Origin: Azolla caroliniana
Lineage: Eukaryota > Plantae > Polypodiophyta
Assembly (NCBI GenBank): GCA_043228905.1
Contig: JBHGNT010000010.1
Location: forward strand, 17,236,001 to 17,300,000
Length of the DNA: 64,000 bases
Direction: 5' to 3'
Below the pieces are notes generated by a model. The model worked only from the letters and a program-made list of their open reading frames with translations. It was not told the origin of the DNA and made no database searches. The position numbers and the translations under genes were made by a program. Shown piece by piece: positions 1-12,189 of the stretch; the stretch's first letter is position 1, and every line of letters begins with the position of its first letter.

Positions 1-259
1 AGTTTTTCATATTTTTTCACAAATGTGGGTCCCTTTTTTCATAAAATTGTGTCAGAACACTAGTTAAACAATCAAACATCACCTTTACCACAACATAATG
101 AAAGGCATCACCAAGGTACACGTTGCTTAATGGGTGCAATATAATGATCATGCAACCAAATATGTACCATGTCAATGATCCCTCTTAGGTTGAACATCAT
201 AAAATAGAATAGCGAAATCATAATATGGCATGAAACTACCCTCCCTCCAAGTTTCTCTA

Positions 260-3162
260 CATACTCGTCATTGGATAATGACAATTATAGAGCAAACTAT
301 AAAACAAGGATTTCCAAATGATTGGCTTATGAATTGGATTAAACCAATATTTAAAGCTGGAGATAAGAATCAAGTATCAAATTATCGTACAATAATGGTG
401 AGCTTAACTATTGCTAAATTATATTGCACTATTATGGAGAAAAAGATAAGCACATGGGTTGAAAGTACAAGCAAAAGAGCACTTGGGCAAGCAGGATTTA
501 GACCAAAACACTCCACCGTGGATCATTTGGTCACGTTGAGGGTAATCATGGAAGAGAGTTGACTACAAGGAAAAACACTTTATTGTTGTTTTGTTGATTT
601 CAAGAATGCTTTTGATACCGTACCACGAAGTGAGCTTTGGAATAGAATGGTAGAGATTGACATGGCATTAGAGTACCGAGTTACTATTGCACGCCTATAT
701 GAACAAGTTAAATGCCAACTAAAAATGGATAGTGGATTTTCAAAGCAATTTTTAAGTAACATGGGGGTCAAGCAAGGATGTCCACTATCACCCACACTCT
801 TTCACTTTTGTATTGATAAATTAGAAGAAGAGGTGAATAAGGTTGCAAGAGAAGAAGGATTGAATGCCCCCAAATTGATGCAACATGTTATCTTATTGCT
901 TCTATATGCAGATGATGTGGTACTCTTCTCATATGATGTTGATAGTATGCAACATTTACTTGGGGTATTAGAATAATTTTTCCATAGTAGTAGAGTAGCA
1001 GTGAATGTGGAGAAAACAAAAATGATGGTAGTGCAAACCATCCAACCTCATCATTACCCTATGATCACATATAGAGGGGAACATATACAATTTGTTCGAA
1101 GCTTTAAATATCTTGGTATTGATGTACCAACCACAAATAAATAGAGGGCATGCTTTGATTCTAGGCTCCAAGACAGTTGGAAATCGTATTACGTTTTGGA
1201 GAACCAATGCAACCAAAGTGATACTTGTGGATGGGAAGTAAAACTAATGTTGTTCAATGCCATGGAGTAAAAGTATGGGTTGGAACCATCTCTCTTAATG
1301 CATGGAATGAGATTGAGAAAATTCAAAAGATGTTTTTAAGGAGGCAATTAGGAGTTAAATGCAAATATGTAGCAATGCTAAATTCAATGAAAGGGCCCAG
1401 AAACTACATGTTGAGATTGTTATGACAGGTTTGGATGGCCATTCTTTCATCAGGAGTTCATTAGTGGATATGTATGCTACATGTGGGCTACTTGTTGAGG
1501 CGCAGAAGATATTTAATTTATTGCCTCTTAGAAATGTTATTTCATGGACAACCCTCATCTAAGGTTATGCTGAATATGGGCTCATCATTGAAGCTTTAGA
1601 ATGCTTAGAAAATATGCTTTTCGATGGCATATTACCTAATGCAATCACTTATGCATGTGCATTTAAAGCTTGCAACAACATTTCAGCTTTGAGCAAAGGC
1701 CATGAACTATATATTTAGATTACCAAAGAGGGGTTTCCATACGACATAAATGGCTCTCCAACATGCATAGATGAAGATGTGAGAGTACTTACAAATACAA
1801 TCATTGACATGTATTGAAAATGTGGGATCATGGCAAATGCTCATAAGGTCACAAACCAAAGATGCATAGGTCCATATTACATGATGTTCCTTAAGGTTCT
1901 TTCTGTCTACAGACATGGAGGTCTTGTCAGCATCGGAGAGAGGTGCTTTAAAGCTATGAAAAAATATGGTCTCTCTCCAACACTAGAGCATTACAATTGT
2001 GTGATCAACCTATTCGCTCGTTCTGGGCAACTTGATGAAGCCATTGCAATGTTAGAGACAATGCCATTTCAACCCAAAAAAAGAAAAGGAAAGTAAAGGG
2101 GGGACACTTTATATAGATCTGTTGTGCAATGTTATATGAAAGCATTGGGTATATACATTGGAATAGCATAAGTACTAGCTATCCTCATACTTAACATCTT
2201 GCCATCCAACAAGGACATTTGATGATTACTTGAAATCCAACCTATTTTGTAGGTTGTCGATGATATGCCTTTTTTTAAAACTAATGGAAGGAAAAAGAGA
2301 GAGAGTTAAATGCACTACCTCTTACCAGGTTATGCTCTTGGAAACAGGTGTTTGACCCATAGAACTATTGGCACTCCAAACAGTATATAAATACATTACA
2401 AAAGTCAAGAATATGCCGAATCGTCGATTACCACATCTTGCTTGGAATGTTGGATGTAAGCTTCAAAAGAATCATAAAAGTAAGATTCTCTCATCCGGTT
2501 GGGTTGTTGACATAAGGAAATGGTTTAGAAGATGGGGTGTGGATGATCTTTTAGAGCTTTCGGGCAATGTTATGCAGTATGTAATGATTGAGGAAAGGTT
2601 GGTGTAATAATTAAGGATGAAGTGGGAAGATGCTAAGAGGACAAAGCTAGAATACTACATTGCAAATGTCAACCTTGAATGTTGGTCTCAATATAAAGCA
2701 AGAATGCCTATTGATCGTATCCAACCTTATCTCATTACCAATATGAGTAGTAATGCTCATAGAGCCCTTACACTACTTCGCACTTGACCTCACAAGTTAG
2801 GTATTCAAGTTGCACCATGGTATCAAAATGTAACGAACTTGAAGACATGCAAAGTATGCAATGAAGGCATGGTAGAGGATGAATGTCACTTGCTCTTCAC
2901 ATGCTTGACATATACTGCAATTCGTTCAAGATATACTGACATACTAAGAGGGAGCGATAATTTAAGTGCATACTTAAGACACTACCGAGAAGGTTGAACT
3001 CATATGTGTATGTTGTATTCACAAATAGAGACTTTGTGCTTTAATGTATGAATACCCCTTCTTAGGAAGGAGACACATATCAAGAACATATGTATACTTT
3101 GGTCCCATTTGTCTAAATTGGCCTCTTTATGGACGATAAAAATTCTAATTCCAAATTCTAAT
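260..3162 (+). mobile_element. 5'-truncated non-LTR retrotransposon (RTE/CR1-like LINE) relic, interrupted by an insertion at 1364-2302
   Basis: RT motifs PIFKAGD..NYRTI, QAGFRP, FVDFKNAFD, GVKQGCPLSP, LLYADD and FKYLG, with stops and frameshifts. The frame LGVKC|TTSYQVMLLETG rejoins across the insert. C-terminal CKVC..EDECHLLFTC zinc finger at ~2848-2905; ends in aattct-like repeats at ~3140-3162. Confidence 0.85.
1364..2302 (+). pseudogene. PLS-class pentatricopeptide-repeat (PPR) gene fragment inserted in the LINE, with 12-bp TSD
   Basis: SSLVDMYATCG..RNVISWTTLI*GYAEYG and LEHYNCVINLFARSGQLDEAIAMLETMPFQP are typical PLS-PPR motifs, with in-frame stops. Flanked by GAGTTAAATGCA at 1352-1363 and 2303-2314. 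Confidence 0.85.
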
Positions 3163-4613
3163 ACATTCCCAAAGTTGTTCTAAGCTCTCTCTCTTTCTCT
3201 CTACACTTTTGACAGGTCCCATAAGTCATGGAAGTATTCACTATCATGCAATAAATGGCTGGATTAATTTGTTGAAAGGGATGAATGACTTTAATATTAG
3301 CAACCACAATTATTAAGGATATGTCAATTGTCTCCAACCATAAGAAATCAAACATTCATCCAACTAGAAAATATGTGATATCGATGATAGGTCATCCCAT
3401 TTAATTATTTTCTTTCACAATAGGTATTAGGTGTTATTCATTGTTAGTGTATATAAGACATAGCGTCAACGAACCAAAAACCACAAATTTTGCCAAACAA
3501 ACATATCGTGAAAGGGCTCTAAACGTATATAGAGTTATGCATTGTTTGTATAATTTTTTGATTGTTCCTAGCTTAATTTTTGTATCAAAATCTATTATTG
3601 CACAATGTGAATGTTTGGCATATAGGAGACGAGATTTTGAGGAAATATGTTCTTGCTAGAATATTGTTGTTTCCCTCAAAGAAACTACAATGATAATGTC
3701 AATGCAAGTCATGTGATGGCGATATGATATGGCAAACCTCAACATGATGATCCAAAACTGCTCTTTCCAATTCATTCACATTATAATTTTGTTAGGTGAT
3801 ATTTCTAGAGTCTCGATTCTATAAAGCAAACTGGTCCATTCATTTTGTTTTTCTTCCATTCAATTATAGAGGTTTAGTTCCATGATTGTATTTGAATAAA
3901 TAGGATGCTTCAACCTCATGGATTTGTAGTTGTTCATTATACGGGTACCATAATTCCCTCTTGCATACGAGTGCGATTGTAATCCTCCATTTTTATATAA
4001 TGATATAGAATATGGAGTTACTATTCGATATTATTTTTTTCCCAAAAAAACTATTCGATATTTTAATATGCAAGATAAAATCATCAAATAATAAGTGTTC
4101 GCAATTAATACTCGCAAAATGAGTAATAAAAGCGACCCCAAACAAGAAGTATGCCCAGTTCATACACAAAATTTGAATGGCTTCCTAATTTACAAATCAA
4201 AACATCATATTACTTAGTTTATATTACAAACAAACAGACTATAAATATACGAGTCAACGTAAATGGTGCCCATATCTTTTGTTATGGGGAGGTGACATTT
4301 AAATGTATTTTATGACCACATTGCATCCAAGTAGTTTTCTTAATCGATAATGGTCTTGTTGTATGTTTGTCAACAAAGAAATAACTCCTTATTTGATTTT
4401 CCAAATATAAAAATGGTCTTCCTAAATTTTTTTGTCTATTGAATACAACTTTTAGTCCATTTGCCAGGATGACCAAGGAATGAAGGATTGCAAGGTAGAA
4501 TGGGTTTATAGGATGTCAAAAGGTTATAAGTGTATTGTATTGTAAAGTTTGTTATGAGATTGTTGAGTTTTGGCACTTATGTGATTATACTTAAGTCTTA
4601 AGAGGTTTCATGC

Positions 4614-5805
4614 TTTTTTTTTATCCAAAAAATGAGCGACTTTCCCATTAGTTAGGAGAGATTTTTACAATAAGACTATACAAATATATCGGGGAATCAC
4701 CCCCCTCCCGAGTTCAAGAATATGAGACTACGTACATATCCTCTCGTACTTTCTACTTAATGTAAGTAGGTAGCTAGAGTTATAAACTAGTGGCAATCAT
4801 TGCCGGCTAGCACGAGCCTGACCCTCTGGCCATCAACGGAGGGAGGGTGGGAGGTGAGTAGGAAACAATTAGCATGGGGATGGTAGTTCCACCTCGGGCC
4901 ATTTCCTCCTTGCATCACCATCAACGTCTTCCTCCATTTTTGCCAAAAGCTTAAGCGGGTAGTGGCCATAAACCTCGTCCAACTGCCCTCGTAGGAAGTT
5001 GATAATCGCGAACCAAATATCCATGATCAATTCCTCTAAGGGTTGTACCAATTCTTGGAAGACCTTTAGGCAGTGTGCTTTCCACACATACCAAAGGGTG
5101 AAACATCTAAATCTCCAGGAAACAAAACAAGGGGATGCGGTCTTCAAGCCTCTCTCAAAACATGTATTGACGAGTTTAACTCTTGTGCATTCATAGCACC
5201 AACTACCTATGTTCAAGGCATTTGTCCAACTATCAGCCGAGGGATTAATCTAGGCCGCTGCGCTCCATGATGTTGACCCTTCCACTTTGTAGGTAATTAT
5301 GAGGCGAGTCACCTTGTCCCAGACCATTTGAGCTTGAGGGCAATCCCACAAACAATGTCTCAAAGTCTCAATAGGTGCAAAACCAAGTGGGCAAGCTATC
5401 AACTCTCCACGTTTACCAAGTCATTCGCAAACGGGGACCATGTTATGGTCAATTTGCCACCAAAATAACTTGATCTTCTCAGGTATGTGGATACTGGAGA
5501 CACCAGAGACCCTTCCAAAAGGTACCAAGCACCTCGTCAGGGATGCCCAATGTCTACTATGCATTGCGTAGGGAACCTTCCCGCTGCATTTGTATAGCTC
5601 AGCCCATCAAAGAAATGACGTAGTCTTCTGCCATGTTTCCACTTGAAATCTCCTAGGACCCACTCTAGTTTTGTGAGGGGGTGATTACCGTAGACCCACA
5701 ACTTCCAATGGAGTTCCACCAGGGGGGTTCCAGTTGTTGCTAGCCCATGCAACCATGCGGATCGGGTGCCAGGTGCCACTACTCTGGCTTTGCCCAAGTA
5801 ATGTG
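4614..5805 (-). mobile_element. 5'-truncated L1-type LINE (zf-RVT/C-terminal region, 3' UTR, poly-A)
   Basis: T-run at 4614-4622 (poly-A on minus); KIKLFWWQI..CPL..ETLRHCLWDC and LWYVWKAHCLKVF motifs; TSD AGAGGTTTCAT at 4601-4611 and 5806-5816; clearly homologous to 16711-17950. Confidence 0.88.
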
Positions 5806-7789
5806 AGAGGTTTCATACATAGTCAATGCACTATACATTTGTTATGTATAAGAATAGGTTTCCCCCTGGTTGATGAAAAGTAGACCAACACCAATGGTGT
5901 TCATGTATCTTCTTTGAATCCCTCTCATCTCTCGATCAATCCATTGGTCATTTACTTCTTCATCTCTGACTCACATGCTCATGCCCTCGTCCATACATCC
6001 TCTTTCTAGATAGTCCAGTGTCCACCATTTGTCTACCACCATTACATTCTCCACTTTTGATGCCTATGTGTGCTTATTATAAGCTATCAGTGTTGACAGA
6101 GTTTCAAATCTCACGATCTTGAGAATTTATTATGAAATTGCAATTATCTTAGTGAGCATGTAGTGTGTTGGTATCATTTATTACAAATACCTAGAAACAT
6201 TGATATGAATTATCAACAATTTGTGATAATGTTTTATTGCCAAAAGAGTACACTCTCCTTCATGAAAATGGTTGTTGCACACTCAAAATTTTGTGATATC
6301 AATATAGCGAATCGAGTGTGTGGATGGTAATGGATCATGGCATGAGCATGATCAAGATGAGGAAGATCACCTTAATGTTAGAACATATGAGCTTCTTTAT
6401 GATTGGTCTTGATATGTTCGTTCTTGTGACTATTTTCTTCGTTATGACCCATTCAAGCATCTCTACCATGGCTATGCCCTAACATAGTTAAGTTCAAGTT
6501 GTTGTACAAATTTGGCTTGGTTAGAGTAGCCTCAAAGAGACAATAATGAAAAATCAATCAATAGTTTTGTACGAGGCGCACAATAGTCATTGAAATATAG
6601 TCAATGCTGATTACAATCAATAACTTTGTGATTGATGATAATTAAAATACTTAGCTTTGTGTGAGAACTACAACAACTAGCATTGTAGTTAGTATTAACA
6701 GAAACATCAAAGCATGTGAGTATATTTATATTAATGCATGGGTACAAATAGATATTTTCGAAAATACAGATCATGTAACATGTTGGAGACAATGTTACTT
6801 ACCAAGGGTAATATTTCTATAATAATAACCCATTGTATGATGTAATGCATATTTTAATGAATACTAGCCTTTATGGCACAACTTAGGTTGTTAAATATAG
6901 AAAATAGTTTCAATGCCAATGTGCGACAAAAGAAAAAAAGGTTGTTTCATAGCTCTATCTCACTTTAGAAATTAGTGCAATTATACACTTGGGTGTGATG
7001 TTTCCTATGCACTCAAATGTGGGTTGGTGGTCTCATTCTTTTTAAAACATTTTGGGACACATTGCATAGTGCTAAACAATTAATTGCACACATGATTATA
7101 AGGAAACATGTTATTGTTTCAATGTCCCGTTGTTATAGTATACGAAGCACGAGTAATTATTATATTAAGAAATTTCCTAGGAACCTTGTTGCATGTCGAA
7201 CTCTCATAAGAATGGATGTTTGTGATTTCAAGAACATGGTAAAGTTTGAAATTTGGCAATAAGTACATATATACGGAAATGATCACTCACTACTTTTCTA
7301 TGGGCATAACTATTTATAATTCCATTGAGAGGACACTTATCCCTTGCGTTAATAACATGCTTTTCCTTGGGAAATTTCACAATATCCATGACATCGAGGA
7401 CTTCATTAAAGTTTACATATAAATTCAACATCAACGTTATCTTACCATAATTGGTTTCTAATGTGAATCACACTTTACCCTACCCTCGTTCAAGTTTATC
7501 TTGATAAAGTTGGTAAAACATAGATTACGAGGTACTCTTTCTCGCAAATCAAGCCACTAAAAAATAATTTGAAGTGAAAGTGTTGTATTGGATAAGTAAA
7601 GCCTAAGGAACCTTAAAAGTGCATCTATGGCACAACCAAATAATGTTTGACCTCTTTGCTAGCATAGTTGTGTAACGAGATATAATCACTACCATATTTC
7701 ACATATTGCTCAGACACATCTTGAAACCTTAACACCATTTAGATCAAAGAGTCTAATGTTAATAAAATCATTGTGTAGAGTGCCCACAT

Positions 7790-8383
7790 GCAGTAGAATC
7801 CATACGACACGCTCTGACGTCCCATAGAATATGGCGGGGGGTTGGCCGCTTGTTGCCATTATGCCAGGTGCAAGGTTCAATCAAGTGGGGAAATATATGT
7901 TGGCTATCATGGCGGGCTGCAATTGGCCGATACGAGCATTAGGAGGAGGGGATGACTTTGGTGATAAAAGCACAAGAGGTCCTTTTCTCCTCCAGCAGCA
8001 ATGTCCACTCTATTCCTCTTAATGACAAATCTCAAGAGGTGTTGGAATTGGTCAGCCCAATAACCCTTTGGATTCTATGGAAACAACGATGTAGGCGAGT
8101 CTTCTCCAACCAAACCGCCCATCCAACAAGGTTACTGCAAGAGATATGGAGTGAAATTGTAGCCACGCTGAAGAGCCAATATGATGGCCTTAAAGGTGGC
8201 TCCGAGGGAGTTGAAAGACAACACATAACCTTCATCCAACAATGGTCGTCCTCACCCTTTCTTGAGTCAGTGGGCTTCCACATTAGATGGAACTATTGTG
8301 TCCCTTTAGGGATTTGTACATAATCGTCTCATTTGTAAAATTTTATAACTAATGGAAGGAGTTTTTTTTTTGGAAAAAAAAAA
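7790..8383 (+). mobile_element. Short 3' fragment of an L1-type LINE
   Basis: ITLWILWKQRCRRVF..IWSEI..LKSQY..RWNY C-terminal L1 motifs, then AACTAATGG and poly-A at 8374-8383. The 5' boundary is approximate. Confidence 0.7.
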
Positions 8384-10049
8384 GAATGTCATGCGACGTG
8401 ATCCTTTCTCACATAACTTTAAATGGTTAGGTATGTCTATTTTTCTTGATGCTTTAGAGTGTTTATTGGTGCATCATTTGTTATGTTGTTTGGTGGTCAT
8501 ATTAATTTACCCAAGATTGCATTAATAAGGTCATAAGTAGCTCAATAGGACGTTGTAGGTTTGACATAGGTTAGCCATCCGTTAGCCAATTGTTTTGGAG
8601 ATAGTTGGTGGGTGCTAGCATACGGTTTTTTGTTAATTGAGTGCTTACATGATACAATTTAGGAACAAACCATCTTTATCACAACATCTAGTACCATCCA
8701 TGTACATCCCATCCATCGAGGCTAACCTGTGGACATAGTTCATGACCTAGTCATAACTAGTCATGGTTTGGATATCAAATCTTGGCGTCATGTTGTTATG
8801 TTATCATCGGTTCATGTTGTTCACAAATACTAAAATGGTGTAGTTTACAATCATGAATGGATGGATGTTAACACATGTTGTGCACCAGCATTGAAATGAT
8901 GTGGTTTAACACACATGCACATTACTCAAATATGTAAACATTGTATATATTATTATGAATCTCCGCTTGGGATAAGAACCAGATAGAGTTCATTCATGCA
9001 CAAATACATTGAACCTAATCTATATTCTTAGGCAAAGGCATGAGTACCCAATGGTGCCATGTGCTCACACTGTACACATCTCTACATGTCTAGACCTATG
9101 TAAACACCTAAATGGAGTCATAAAGGGGGATTCTTTTGCTTATCACTTTCTATTACTTGATCCTAGAGTCAAACTTTTGCATTCAAAGATTTTTACTTCG
9201 CATATTTCTACCAATTCCTTTTGCTATCTATTTTCCAAGATTTCTCAACATGCTAATTCTTGAGTTTTGGAAATCCTTACTCTATTCTTATAATTCTACC
9301 CATTCACATGGTCTCATCCACCTCGTGGTCAAGCACCCTAGTGATTCTACCATGCATGCTTCTACCTATCACAAATGATTATCATGACAATTTGGTGAAC
9401 TCATTGTGAATGGGTTGGAGAGTGATGGTTGCTTAAGGCAAGATGTTGATCATGATGGATATTTTTAGGAGTGCTTCAAGTACAACAATAAATGACAAAA
9501 CATCACAAAAGACTTACACAACTACAAAGTAAAGATACTTTGAAGAGGGATTCCTGAAGTAATTGTAAATAAGAATTTCTTCCCGATGTGATGCAAATTG
9601 CAGTGGGGACAACCTAAAAGATAATATTCAAAAACTCCATGATAGTTAGAAGCATGGGAGGGTTTCAAATGTATGATGCTCAAAGCATTCGGTCTTTGAT
9701 GCCTCAATAATGCCTCAAAGTTGCCACAAAGACATACATGTGTTGAATATCCTCACCTGGTTAAAAATTAAAGACAACCAACTCATGGTGAGGGATCAAG
9801 CTCTTCTTCAACTTGACACGGATGTGTTGTTTCTTCGATTCATCGATATAAAATACCGAAAGGATTTGGGGGTGCTCTTGGAGAAACGTGATGACCAAGA
9901 CCCAGTTGATCGAATCATAAGATGCGGCGAGGAAGGAGGATGTAAAAACACACACATCTCCCAAAAAACCATTTTCTAGTTTTCTATCCTAGTGTTCTTT
10001 TTTATTGTATTTCATTTTTGCCCTTTATGCAACATTTTCTTGAGAAACA

Positions 10050-11642
10050 ATCTTTTCAAGTCGAATGCAACTAATAACTACACATTCCTAGATGAAGTGA
10101 TATCGCACTCCAATGTGCTTGGTCTTTGTATGATAGACTAAATTCTTAGCCAAAACAATTGTCACAAAGTAGTCTAGGTACACGCGGAATATGCCCATGT
10201 CACAAGCTAGTCTAGAGAACCATATAACTTCATCACATGCCTCACTCATTGCAACATACTATCATAGTCAACTTTTGTGTATCCAATAATAGGTAAATCA
10301 TTGCCACCCAAACATAAGAACTTATCATTAGTGTCACTTAGTTATCTCAATATCATCCAGACCTCTTTATAATGTTTCTTGCAAAGATTCATCTTGAGCT
10401 CTTCCCAATGTTGCTTACAAGGATTTTATAATAATCTACTCATAACTCCCACTACAAATGCACCATATTGCCTAATTGTTATCATAACATACATGAGAAT
10501 AGCAACATCAGATTGATAAGGAAATTTGCTCATGAATTCCTTTCCACAATCAAAATTTGGCAATTGCTCTTGTCAATTTTACACATGTAGCTGGTGTGGT
10601 AAAAACGTTTTACACTTTCCACATTAAACATCTTGAGTTGAGTACTTTTTTAAATATACTCGGACTATAAATACAAGATTTGCTCCTAACGCGAGTAATA
10701 TGCATACTAACAACATGTTTTGCATCTCCCAAATTCTTCACATCAAATGTTTGGCTCTTTTTTTTCAACATAGATAACTCATCTTTGTTTTTACTAACCA
10801 TATGCATGCCATCTACATAGAGTATCAAGATTGCATAGGTCTCACCTAAACATTTTTTTGTATAGAAACAAGAATCTTTATTGCTTCTACTATAATCTTA
10901 TGACTTCATTAAAACATCAAACTTTTGGTACCTATGACTTCATAAAAACATCAAACTTTTGATACCTATGACTTCATAAAAACATCAAACTTTTGGTACT
11001 ATCATCTAATTTACATAAGTGGAAATATTCTTTTGTACATCTTGAACGACACTTTTCTCAGTTCCACTTTCTTTATTAGGAGCTTATAGATTTTGTTTTC
11101 ATTGAAAACAACTTCACTACCCTTGATTACATTACGTGTATTAGGATTCCATAAGCAATAACAAATTGCTCATCAATTTAATAACTCAAAAAAATGCATT
11201 TTCTACATTTATAATCAAATTTCCACCTTAGTTGCTTTGGAACATGGACATATGCTTAACATCCAAAAACTCCAAAAAAGTTCATGATGGTGTGAGTTGC
11301 ATGTCCACAACTTTTGTGCCACTGTCAAGCCTATGGTAGTATTAAATGATAAATTAATCATATGGATTTTAGTCAAAACCGTTTCTGCTTGAAAACCTTG
11401 TGACAAATTTGCATTATGTAACATTGAAACAACTATGTCTTGGATTTCTATTCATTCTTTCTAGCGCATCATTTTGAAAGGGGTATTAGGAGTAGTGAAC
11501 ACTCTCTTCAAATACCTTTGTACTTGCAAAAAGCAATAAATTGATAAGAGGTGTACTCTCCTCCATTATTAGAATGTAAAGCCTTAAGCTTTCTATCATT
11601 CTTTATCTCAACTGAAGCAAGCTTTTTTCAAAAAATAAAGTA
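10050..11642 (-). mobile_element. Old degenerate Ty1/Copia, integrase-RT part (host element, segment 1)
   Basis: KALHSNNGGEYT integrase remnant near 11550-11590, ILYVDG RT motif near 10810-10828, FDVKNLGDAKHVV; heavily mutated. Confidence 0.75.
10899..10999. repeat. 34-bp tandem triplication inside the old Copia RT
   Basis: TATGACTTCATAAAAACATCAAACTTTTGGTACC x3 with few mismatches. Confidence 0.85.
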
Positions 11643-11647
11643 GAGTA

Positions 11648-12189
11648 TGTTAGGAAACAGGTCCCTCCGGATGAGGAGTACCCGGCTACGGATGACCCGG
11701 TGAGACCCGGATGATGAAGACCCGGTGAGAACCGGATGATGAAGACCCGGTGAGAACCGGATGAGGAGTACCCGGCTACGGATGACCCAGTGAGAACCGG
11801 ATGATGAAGACCCGGTGAGAACCGGATGATGAATGCCCGGCAAGCGCCGGATGATGCAGGCCCGGTGAAGAGTGATCACCGGATGAAGGGACATATTCGT
11901 AAATATGTTTCTGAGAGTCCATCGGGGCTATATTTGTAAATAGCCAGAAAGTCATATTAGTATAAATATGGCTTAGGGCAAACTGTTGTTTATGATGTGT
12001 GTGTGTAGCTGTTGTCATTCTTGTTGGCGCAAGATTAGAGCGCAACAGTGTACAGAGAGAGAGAGAGAGAGAGAGAAAGAAACGAAGAGGTCGCTTGCCT
12101 CTGTTGTAACCGCCGCCTGTGGCGAAGATCATGAGCACGAGACTCGGTTGTGGTCGAGTGGTGTGCAAAGGGAGTGTGCATTCTTGTCA
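11648..12189 (+). repeat. 5' LTR with an expanded ~24-bp CCGGTGAGAACCGGATGATGAAGAC array and (AG)n
   Basis: Direct repeat of 15596-16018; ~120 bp longer because of extra repeat units at 11666-11885. Confidence 0.93.

Noticed and set aside
9500-10000. Possible LTR-element 3' end (GAGGAAGGAGGA then TGTAAAAAC at ~9929-9949)
   Set aside because: No partner LTR or recognisable domain in the window.
11666-11885. Regularly spaced short repeats resembling a CRISPR array
   Set aside because: No unique spacers and no cas genes; they lie inside an LTR in eukaryotic DNA.
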